This document shows, in pieces, positions 1-12,717 of a stretch of 64,000 bases of DNA. Under the pieces are notes generated by a model. It worked only from the letters and a program-made list of their open reading frames with translations, was not told the DNA's origin and did not search any database. The position numbers and the translations under genes were made by a program. The DNA is from the human T2T-CHM13v2.0 reference genome, Homo sapiens: NCBI RefSeq assembly GCF_009914755.1, contig NC_060932.1; one strand, 5' to 3'. Each line of letters opens with the position of its first letter. Within the stretch, counting starts at the first letter, position 1.

Positions 1-2448
1 AGTCTAACGTTTCTTCTCACCCTGCTTTATAATCAAAGTGTGCTGACATGCAAAATTTCTGTAAAAAGAAGAACCTCTTTTCTCTTTACTGTAATAGTGC
101 CCAAATCCTCCTTCCTGGTAAAAAGTACAGCAATCATTTTATCATTGTAATCTTTTTTCCTCTTATAAGGATAAAAGTTTAAACTTTTTTTTAAGACATT
201 GCATTTAAAATACATAGAACTCTTTCCTTAAGAAGACAAGAAGGATAAGCACATACACACATACCACGTGGCACATGGTAAATATTTAACTGTGTAAGTC
301 TTGCTTTTGTACATATACTTCATGCTCTCTTGATATAGAGAAATACAACTGAGCTATGACTATGTGCAGAGGTTATTTGTTGTGTAACTAATTCACATAT
401 AAGTTTGCTCTGATCTGCATAAAACCTTCTATCTTTTGAAAGAAAAAAATACACACTATTTTCTAGATCACAAACAGCCCCATCATTTTAAATTCTCGTA
501 ATGAACAACACTGGCCTCTGCTGGTAACCAAGGTCGTGATGAACCATCCAGGCTGCTGAAGGTACTGCCTTTATCCAGGTGGATCTAAACTTGCTTGGGA
601 TTTTTATTGTTTTTATTCATTTGTCAATGATAGGAGACTTGTCAATTTATGAGGGATCCAACAGTGAAAATCTCTAGCTCTAGCTATGGGCTTAAATGGA
701 TTCAAATTATAGTTCTAGAATCTGCCATTTTTTCTGGTCTAATAAATTTAAATGTTTCTGCTTTAATACTGAAATTTAAAAATGATTTTTTAATAGCAAA
801 AAGTTGAAAGTAAAAAGAGTGGATGAATTACAACTACATTTTTTAAGAGTAATAACTATACAGAATACAAACACATATTCCTTTTAGTGTATTTGCCTTA
901 CTTCCCAGTATGCGTCATCTTATTCATAAAATGCAATGGAAACTGCTTGAATGTATGGGAAATGCAACCTAGATCTTCATAGAAATTACAAATATGCCAG
1001 AAAATACTGTGTATCCAAGTGGAGCAACTACCCAAAATTTTACACAAATTTTCTGAATTTGTTCCCCAATAATTCTGCAAAGAAAAATAAAAGAATATTT
1101 GTATTTTAGTAATGTTGAGATTTTTTTAAAAGAAAATATAAAATTTATTTGATAACCTATGCTAAAGACACAAACTACAAACTTCCAAATTGACTGCTAG
1201 TATAAGGCATGCTTTCTGGCATTGTCTCAATGGGCCTTAGCCTGAGAAGTGAGAACAATCTCTAGAACACTTGGGGCATTTTCCTCAATGGCCACTGAGG
1301 GTGAACATTGACCAAACCTGGGAGGACTTTTGCTCCTGAAAGGTCCCATTAAAGAACCTGGAACATATTTAAAAGATAAAAAATTGAGACCAACATAGGC
1401 TAAAATGCTCGCCTACATTGTCAAAGGAATAAAGAAACAGAAATATGTGAACATTTGTTCCTGCGTTTGTCTAAAGAAACTTGGAATATTGTACCCTAAA
1501 GGATACCGCAGGATGAAATGTCAATACAGAGAGAATAGAGAATAACTCATTGGTATGGAATTTAACTTTGGCAGTAGAAGTTCAGTCAGGGAATGGTAGT
1601 GAACAGCCTTCTCAAAGTAGTAAAGGGGAACGAAATCTTTAATTTGCAGCGTGCTAATTAAACGAAATCTGCTGCGATTAAAAGCTCCAGTCATTGAGGT
1701 ACAGACCTATGTAGAAATAGAAAAAAACCTTAGTCACTACCAACCTCAAACATACTTGAAATAGTGACCATGTATATCTCATGAGTCGGTGAGTATTTTA
1801 TAAAATATCAATGTTTCACAGGAATAGTTTGTAGTTGTTGCTTTTCCTTTTCTTTTTCTCCCTTTCTCTCTTCCTTCCTTCCCTCTGTCCCTCCTCCGTT
1901 TCTTCTTTTCTATTTTTTCCCTCTTTTCCTTTTTTGTGGGTTTAAATCACGAACTTCCAATGGAAAACTGTTTTCTGTGTTTTTGAGAATCACACACTCC
2001 ATAAAACGTCTAACCTGTGTTTGAAAATATAGACATCATTTTAGGGAAGAAATACAATTTGCACACAGGGTGCCTTTTTTGCAATACTTTCCTTTTCAAT
2101 CCCTAAATACTTCTTGACAAGATGGTGCAGCAGTGTTGGAAAGCATTAGCACATCAACAGATGCTCAGAATCAAATGATTTAATAGGCATAAACTTTTTT
2201 TCAAATAATTGTAAAGCTTTGGTTTAGCCTTTTGCATACCTTGCACAGTTAATTACCTAGGCCTTAATGTTTACATGCAATGAGAGTATCTACGGCTATA
2301 AACTACATAATTTATAATTGATGTAAATGGGTGTTATTATGTCAATTAGGCAGCTGTGTCCTCTACCTCTTGGTAAACAGCTATGAGTGATAAACCGAGT
2401 TTGCAGAGAGGTACCTTCTTTTCTTCATAACAGATAAAAATAAATTAC

Positions 2449-2655
2449 CTAGGCAGATTAGGCTGTCCAATTGTTCTCTGGTGAGGTGGATGGGAAATCC
2501 AGACCCTTTCTTTTGACCTGTTGACTGCAGCAAACGGTCAATTTCGTCACGCACTGCTGCCATAGCTTCTGGGTGCCGCAGAAGATAATACATTGCCCAG
2601 AACATAGTTGGAATAGTGTTTGCCACAGAGGCCCAGAGAAAGCCTAAATGATGTG
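2449..2655 (-). CDS. CYP7B1: CYP7B1 coding exon 4 (207 nt): [69 protein letters not shown]
   Basis: Contains the CYP7-type I-helix ([10 protein letters not shown]) and J-helix (HPEA..VRDEI). Acceptor AG at 2657-2656, donor GTAAT from 2448. It ends just before the K-helix ExxR, which should lie in exon 5 outside the window. Confidence 0.97.
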
Positions 2656-3102
2656 CTGGGAGAAAATAAGTGAAAAGGAAGATTAATAGCGTTTATTACA
2701 CTGATTAGATTTGCAGTGTGCTAATTAAAAGATGTTAGGACACAGACCCAGCCAAGGATCAGTGCATGCTAATGAGAACCAATAGGCTTCTGAAGTCTAA
2801 TTTTCTGCTTAATGAGAATAGTTTAAAATGTAATGTGTATGGGGGGGGCGGTGTGGTGGGGGATGAGATAAGAGGAGTAAATGCAGCTTAGTTATACTCT
2901 TTCTCATTATCACCATTAAGTATCTTGTTTTACCACCTCAGCAAAAAAAAAAAAAATATCAATTATAGAGGGTTATATCAGAGTAAAACATTTTATCATT
3001 AGCCAATTAGAAAGAGCATAAAAAATTTTCAAGGTCGCCATTTTGTCTTTTTATTTCAGAGGTCTATTGTAAATGATTTTATTTTAGGCAAGTGCTCATT
3101 CA

Positions 3103-3744
<642 letters not shown>

Positions 3745-4589
3745 TTAATAAAACAGAAATAAACACCACAAATTAAAAAATATGTTAATCAAAATTAGAA
3801 AGACCCTAATAACTAAGGCAAAAAGTTTAATACAAATCCATTTCATTCGAAGGTACACTACATGTTTCCTTTGAAAGATGGTGGAAAACACTCTAGAAAC
3901 GTGAAGTTAAATATCCTGAAGTTCTTACTAACCTTTGCAAAGATGGTTTACTCTTCCAATTTTTATTTTAACTAAAGTACCTGAACACTTTAAATATCCT
4001 TTAAATATTCTCATAATCCCCTGACTTAAATACTTCTCATATATTTCCCTCAATAAAGCAGAAAACAAATTGGCAACATGCCATTCCATTTCTGAGTATT
4101 TATACTTCATAAAGAGCTTTTTCATGCTTAGGTGTCATCTGAGTTTTGTTCAAATACAACAATTTTAACTCAAATAAATGACCATACTGTATGGAGCAGG
4201 TACTCACAAATAAATGTCTAATTCAACACTGGCAAAAATCCACTAATGCCAGCATTTTCACTTTTATGGATGTGGGAGATTTAATAACATGTTCAAGGTC
4301 ACATATTGACTTGTGACTGACACAGGATTCCAAACTAGAACACATCCATTCATCCATTCCTTCAGGAAGTCATTCACCATTCACCACATTTATTAAGATC
4401 TGGAAACTTGGTTGGATCCCTTTCTTTTTGAGATACAATTATGTATAGAAATCATTGCATCCCTATGGATTGTGATACGGCAGGGGTGAAACACAGCATA
4501 AGGAAAGCAGAAAGTAGAGTCTGCTTCAGTCAGCCTGGAGTTATCACCAAGGTCTCTTTGAGGTGATGACATTTACCTTTTCAACATAT

Positions 4590-4750
4590 CAGTGTTGCCC
4601 AAACTTATCAATTTAAAAACTTGGGATGCTTGCGAAAAATACAGATTCCTGCAAGATTTTGATTCAGAAGGCTTGGAGGGGGTCCTACCAGTGTCCTTTT
4701 CGATGAGGTCCTCAAGTGATTCTTATAAGGATGCACCTTGAAGGACACAG
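4590..4750. mobile_element. MER5-like hAT-Charlie non-autonomous DNA transposon remnant
   Basis: cagtgttgcccaaact...aaaaatacagattcctg...gattcagaagg...caagtgattctta resembles the MER5A/B consensus as I recall it. Confidence 0.55.
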
Positions 4751-5992
4751 TCTACTATAGTCTGTCTCTCAAAATTGGCAGAGACCTTGGAGAATTGCTT
4801 GTTTACCATCTGCATTTATCAGTTGATAAAGCTGAAGAAAGTCAAGAGATGTTACGGGTCAAGATCATGCTGCCATTTTCAGTGGTAGACCCTTGATGAG
4901 AAGTTACTCACCATGCACTATTCTTTGTCTTCTCACTAGAGTGCTGTTTTAAGATTCCTTCTAATTAGAAATATTAAGCAGATAGTAATAAATAATGACA
5001 TTTAATGTCTTTCCTGTACAGAACAGGCATAAACTTTAGATGATCCTAAAAACGTTAACATCTACTTATTTATTGTCTTCATGTCATTATTCCTGTTTGT
5101 GTCTGTGTGTCTGTGTGTGTGTGTGTTGCTCTGTTAGCGGAACAACTTCTCACTTGTTATTTATGGTAACTCAAACGGCATCATAGAAATTTAATTCAAT
5201 TTGGTGCAAGATATTTCAAATAAAGTTTTGAAATAATTTTCAACCTCATCCTAGAAACAGATAAATATGTTTTTGTTTCACAATTTTGAAACACAAGTTT
5301 TTAATATACATGAATATACATGTGCTATGATTTATTTTCTAAAAATGACTCAGATGACTTAAATTTTATTCACTCATTTTCCCCTTGATTAATTCAATAA
5401 TGTGAGTGGATCTAGGATGCCAGTAAAGCTAGAAGTGGCTATTCATTCTGGTCAGATCCCAAAGCTGTCTTCTACAAGGTAAACTAAATTTGTGTGTGTG
5501 TATGTGCTCTGGGGAGAGCAAAAAGGATTCAACCCAATTTAGGCATATTTTATGACACCTGCTTTACCATCACAGCTTAATTAAATAAAATTGCCAGCAT
5601 CTGCCTGTCAAATAATTGAAAAAAATCAATTTTCTTATTTTGCAAAAGATATAATTTTAGGCAAAGTTGTGTATTTTCACAGGTGGTGATTCATACTTTT
5701 CTCCTTTCACTAAATAAAAGGATTTTGCTAAATATCTTTGGGGTTATTTTAAATTATTCCCTAATATTACCAGAGTGTATAAAAGATTCAGTTAGTAAAA
5801 CACACAATATTTAGAGAATATTTTGAATTTTTTCCTACAATTTTCTATATTCATCTAAATCTAAATGGAAACAGAAAATATATTCAGACATGACAGCATG
5901 AGCTACCTGTTATTGGGCCTACTGAAGTAGAGGCTGTACACATGTTACAATTTTTGTTTTGTCTACAATCATTACAAATACACACATTCATT

Positions 5993-5993
5993 T

Positions 5994-6037
<44 letters not shown>

Positions 6038-6058
6038 CCTCTCTCCCTCTGTCTCTCT
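5993..6058. repeat. (CT)n microsatellite / polypyrimidine tract
   Basis: Direct reading: about 65 bp of imperfect ctctct. Confidence 0.95.
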
Positions 6059-7378
6059 ATTTCCTCCTCTCTCCTATCCCCATCCTCTTGGGAATAAGGG
6101 TATGGGAAAAAACAATGAGGTTAATTTCAAATAAAAGGAATAAAAGTTGAATGTGGACAAAATGGTTCAAGTTAGCAACCAATTACTAATAAATTGTTTT
6201 TAAAAATATAAGCAGTTGTTTGTATATCAGTTCTTTATAAAAATCAGTACTGTTAACTTCATTTGTTTGTAGATCTAATCTCACTCCTTTCAAGGCTCTT
6301 TTCAGTCTAGGATCTGTATTTTCTCTTTCTCATTCTTATTTCAGTGTCCTTCAATATCAAGGCATTGTGTTTTACCTACTATCTTTTTTATTGAGATGTG
6401 AATTGGTTCAGAAGAAGATGTTTTGATTTTCCGGATTTTACTTTTCATGTGGGTTTGGAAGTACTAATAACCCTGGAGATGTTAGCTGGCTTTCCAACTT
6501 TTAATCTTCAGTATAAACAATTTAAGCTAAGTTTTCCAAAATTAATATTAATTTAAACCATCTGTCCACCATCTGCTAATGTGAGATGCAAAACCAGAGT
6601 TTCTTTGTGATCTTTAATCAGACAGTTAGGAAAACTCATATACATTCATAAAATGAATTTAAATTTCTTAACAAAGGAAATCTTCTGAAAAGGTATTCTG
6701 AAGGCCGTGTATTCTTGCAGCAACATTAACTTTTGCTCCAGGGTGATTTTATGTAAATGAATGGCCAGTGTCAGCAGGCATGTTACCTAGTTTACAAAGA
6801 TCACAAGGTAAAAACAATACCCTTTGCCATGTTTTCCAAAGAGAAGAGAATGCTGTCAGCAGTTGATATGAAATATTGATTTAAAGAATTTCAAAGTCTG
6901 CATTTGTCTAAAATATAAATGTCAAAGTGGGGCTGATATCTGCAAGAAAAATACAATATAAATCATTCTTAGATGCAGTAAATTTGAAGTCAGCTCCAAA
7001 TTTTTGATATCTTCCTTGCCAATCATTTCATTCTCTTCCCTTTTTAGGAGCTAACTGGCCTTACAATATTAACTGTAGCATTCCTGTATAAGCTGCATAA
7101 GAGACTTTACCACCTCAGTAGCCTTTCCACTTCCGTTAAAATTAATTCTTTAGGAAGGTAAAGCTACATAATTCAAAGTATGTTGGTAAATGTATTTTAA
7201 AAATTCAGTCATTCACCCTAATGTCAAACAAAAAGTTTTGACATCTGGGTCATTATAAATTGAATTTTGGTGTTTTCATTTTATATATTTGGTGCTATAC
7301 AAAGATATAGATATATATACATATATCCATGAGAATTGGCTGCTTGGCATAGAAATGTCCTGTAAAAAAAATATAACC

Positions 7379-7626
7379 AAGGCCAGAGGATCATTTGAGG
7401 CCAGGAGTTCAAGACCAACCTGGGCAACATAGGGAGACCCCACCTCTGCAAAAAACCTTAAAAAAAATTAGCCAGGTGTGGTGGCACACACCTGTGGTCC
7501 CAGCTACTCAGGAAGCCAAGGTGGGATGATCACTTGAACTCAGGAATTTAAGGTTGCAGTGAATTATGATTATGCTACTGCACTCCAGCCTGGGTGACAA
7601 AAGGAGAACCTATCTCTAAAAAAAGA
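7379..7626 (+). mobile_element. 5'-truncated AluJ-like SINE
   Basis: ggatcatttgaggccaggagttcaagaccaacctgggcaacat...cactccagcctgggtgaca plus A-rich tail, with J-type diagnostic bases. Confidence 0.9.
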
Positions 7627-9148
7627 AGAGACAAATTTGAATTTTAACAATTTTCATAATTAGAAGCTTTTCATCTCTGTGTTTAGGTTGTTTTACAATA
7701 GAAGTTTTTAATCTCAAGCTGAAAATATCGGTTGGAAGAGTGAAATATGAGTCAACTTTGTACTTTATGAGGATGGCCACATGTACATATCCCCCCGCTT
7801 ATTAGGAAGATTTCACTAGCTGCTGACAATGATGTACAGTGGTGCTTTGCTGGGGTGACATCTAGGGAAAACGATTCCACTGCACCACCACACAAAACCA
7901 ATTAGAGAACTATTTTCTGCGACAGGTCAAGAATTTACATGGTTTCTCATGAAAAGATGTACTTTTTAATTTCTTTATTAAGATGACATCCGTGTCCCTT
8001 GAGACTTTTGGGGATGACAATCATTTGCTCATCATGCAAGAACATATACTCAGTGAAATCACATTATGAGACAAGAGCGGAAGACTTTGTTCTTCATTTC
8101 ACATTTTCTAAATGAGCTACTTTGCAAACTGATCACTAGAACCATATACATTAACAGGATTTCTTGACAGGAATTTATTCAAATTCTAGTAAGAAGCAAA
8201 AGGGAGGTATCGTGCACATTTAACTGGTTGTCTACTGTTGAGTTCAAACATAACCATGGTCAAATTATTCAGATGTTAGAAATTCAGCAAGCTTCTTGGT
8301 ACCTAAGATTAAGAAATCAAGCATCAGCAGAAATTGGCTATTTTTTTGAAAAGTGAATAAAGTGATTCAAATCTGCCACAACTTTCTGCATAATCATCTT
8401 AGGTTATTTTTGTACATTGGTATTAAAAAAAGAAAAACTGAACATTTCAATCACTTGTTCTATCTATTCATTAGAAACACCAGTGTTAATTATTTAAAGT
8501 AAGAATGACTCTTTTTAAGTGAACAATATAGTTTTGGTACCATAAAGCCCAAGGCTCACTTAGAGGAGAAGCACCAGCTCAGGCTTTTATCTGTACAGTA
8601 TTCCAGTGTTTCATCAGCTCTAAGAAATTAGGGGCTTCCCCATCCAATATTCGTTGAGAATCAGTTCTGAGCTCTAGACTAAATGTTGACAATAGAGAAG
8701 CTAACAGAATAATGAAGGGAGACAGATAAGTCAGTTGGTAATAACTTCACAATGTATTAAATGCTCCTACAGAAGTGATACTGGGAGTAACTCGACCCTG
8801 GAGAAGAGGCACCAAATATAGGAGGAGTCAGCAAAGGCTCTTGAGAGGAAGCAATGTGTGACTCTGGCCTCAAAAGTTGAGTCCATGTCAGTCAGGTAAA
8901 CAATAACATTCTGGCAGAAAGAACAGCAAGATAAAGAAAACCCAGAGGCCCCACCAGGTATGGCGTGTGAGGAGGAAATTTCAAACAACATGGTGCATTC
9001 ATGGTGTGTGAAGCACAAGGCGAGCAGCAGCAAGAGACTGAGCTGGAAAGGCTGGTGGAGACCTGATCTTGGGGAGCCTCATGAGGACTACTGTATATAA
9101 TATAATTCCTCTAAGATGCATGATTTTTTTCCATTTCAATTTTTCTGA

Positions 9149-9458
<310 letters not shown>

Positions 9459-9541
9459 TGATGAAACTGATACTGTCTGTCCATGGGAGAACTCAATCAT
9501 GCTGATAATTTCCTCCAGTTGGATCATTTCTCCCAAATACT

Positions 9542-9652
9542 GCATTAAAATACATTATTTGAATAATAATGCATAAAATGCATTATTTGCATAATACTGC
9601 ATAAAATGCATTATTTGCATAATACTGCATAAAATGCATTATTTGCATAATA
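9542..9652. repeat. 28-bp tandem repeat (gcataaaatgcattatttgcataatact), about 3 near-perfect copies plus 1 degenerate copy
   Basis: Units start at 9571, 9599 and 9627. A degenerate unit lies at 9542-9570. Confidence 0.95.
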
Positions 9653-10544
9653 AAGCATTGAAATTAAGTCACTGTAGTTTCCAAAGGTTGCCTCTGACCC
9701 TCAGCAAAGTAGTTACAGGCAGAAAAAAATTACTGGCTCTCTAAGAATAGAACATAAACTTCCAAGGCTGGTTGAAGGAAGATGTAAGGGTTGAGCTAAG
9801 AAAAAGGCATGCATGTAGATGATTTAGATAAAGAACTAGAAGGGGGAGTATAGAGAGTAAAGGAGTAGCAGAGTATTTCAGGAAGGAACAAGAGATCAGC
9901 ATTGTCAAACCAGGTAGAGAGGTCTAGGTAGGTGGACCAGGGAATAACTTCAGCAAGGCTGAAGTCTGGTTATAGTTAGGAGGGCTCTGGGAGATATGCA
10001 ACTAGAGATAGCAAATATATGCAACTCTCTTGAAAGAGCTGAATGCAAAAGAAAAGAAGAAAAGTGGAAAGTAACTAGAGGGGAACCTTAAGCATGGTTA
10101 TAAGTGATGGTAAGAGCCCAAGAAAGAAAAAAATGAAGATGCATGTGTGAGAGGAATGAATCTAGATGTACCAGTCCAGAGGCGGCAAGAAGAAAGGGTC
10201 ATGGGGACAGGGAGATGGAGTGTCTTGAACATTCTTTGAAATTGGAGAAAACATGGTAAATCATTGAGAAAAGTAGGTACATTTGGTAGATACATGGGGA
10301 TCTAAGGGAGATTATACTGGATCTTCAGTTACCTTGTGAAGGAAGGAGAGTGAACTGTGTTACCAGAGCCCCAGTGAGAGTGGGGAGTGAGACTCAGCCT
10401 CTTCTTTTCCTGCCACTGGCAACACTCAACAAGCAAAGGAGTGTGGGTAATCTAGTGTGTAGAGATCAGCTTACAGAGCACAGACAGGACATGCAAAAGC
10501 AAAGAGAGGGAATAGCTAGCCCAGGCCATAAACTGATGTTGAAG

Positions 10545-10985
10545 ATTGTATACAAAGATAGCTATGATGTATTCCTTCCATCTCTCTACATGTGCCCCCA
10601 TGCAATGTGACTCTGCTACTCCTTCCAGGAAGAGGTGGAGTCTCTTTCCCTGCCCTTGATTCTGGACTGCACTGTGACTTGGTCTAACTAATAGGATGTG
10701 GTGGAAGTAAGGTTTTGCAATATCTGAGCCTAGGCCTCAAGAGACCTTGAAGCTTTTTCTCTCACTCCCTTGAGACACTAACTGCCATGTAAGAAACTTT
10801 TCTTGAGGATGAAAGACCGTGTGGAAAGGCAGCCCACCCAGGTATGTGATGAGACCATCTCGGATCATCCAGTTCCCATCCAGAGTCCAGAAAAGCCACA
10901 CAAGTGACTCAGGCCAGACCAGTTGTTATTTTAAACCATTAAACTTTTTGGGGATTTGTTACTCAGCAATCAATAGCTGATACAG
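10545..10985 (+). mobile_element. MLT1 (MaLR) solo LTR, old
   Basis: gaggtggagtct...ccttgattctggactg...gagcctaggcctcaagagacctt...gttgttattttaaaccattaa...ttgttactcagcaat...ctgataca has the MLT1 layout. Confidence 0.75.
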
Positions 10986-11164
10986 CTACATAGTTTGGGT
11001 CTTAAAAAATGTTGTGAACTAGTAACAGTCTAGCTTCTCCTCCCAGTCCTAGAATGTTTGGGGTGTGTAGCAATTCTGCTGTTTTTTTCTTCATTTTTCT
11101 TGGTGTTTTGGTACTTTATTAAAGTCTGAAGTGCAATGAAAGTTTTAAAATGAAAAATACATTC

Positions 11165-11520
11165 TTGACCAGTGGTTGCTGGAGACTCAGAGGCAGGGGA
11201 AGAAGAATGAATAGGTGGAGCACAGGAAATTTTTAGAAGAGTACAGCTACTCCATATGATACTGTGATGGTGGATACATGTCATTATACATTTGTGAAAA
11301 CCCAACGAACTACACAATACAAAGAGTACACTGTAATGTAAATCATGGATTTTTAATGATTGATCAATATTGGTTCATCAGTTGTAACAAATATACTACA
11401 TAGATACAATCAGGGAAACTGTGATTGGGGGGAGGGGGTATATGGGAACTCTCTGAACTACTAAATTTTCTGTAAACCTAAAACTCCTCTACAAATAAAG
11501 AGCATTAATTTAAAAAATAC
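11165..11520 (+). mobile_element. L1MC-like 3' UTR fragment
   Basis: gatactgtgatggtggatacatgtcattatacatttgt...gggtatatgggaactctctg...ttttctgtaaacctaaaact...aataaa. Confidence 0.8.
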
Positions 11521-11816
11521 ATTCTAGCTTTTGTATAGTTATATATATATATATTTTTTTCTACCATTCTTAAAACCAAACTAAACCAAACCAAAATGAC
11601 AGGTGATGGCTGGAAAGAAGGGTTCCCTAAGTACCATGAAGAGAGTTCTATAATTTGATTTTTAATGTGAGGATCACTGAACTAAAAATAATAGTTTTCT
11701 TTCACATTAGCTCTACAAAATAAAATAAAAATATACAAATATTCTACATTTTGCCTAGAGAAAAACAGAAAGACATTAAAGAACAAGTGAAAAATGATGA
11801 CATATATAAGGTATTA

Positions 11817-12044
<228 letters not shown>

Positions 12045-12187
12045 TTACTGAATCTAGAAGGTGACTGCATGGATTGCACTGCTTCTTTCTATTCTCTTAC
12101 TCAGTGATTCTTATATAATCATAGACATGAGTTTACTGAGCTTCTCCAGTATGTATGGATAAATGCATAACTTCTGGTGAGCAACTT

Positions 12188-12717
<530 letters not shown>

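Noticed and set aside
2841-2862. G-rich run in intron 3 (possible G-quadruplex)
   Set aside because: Lacks four clean G3 tracts and is C-rich in the transcript; weak support.
9542-9652. 28-bp repeats of CRISPR-like length
   Set aside because: The units are head-to-tail with no unique spacers, there are no cas genes, and the context is mammalian.
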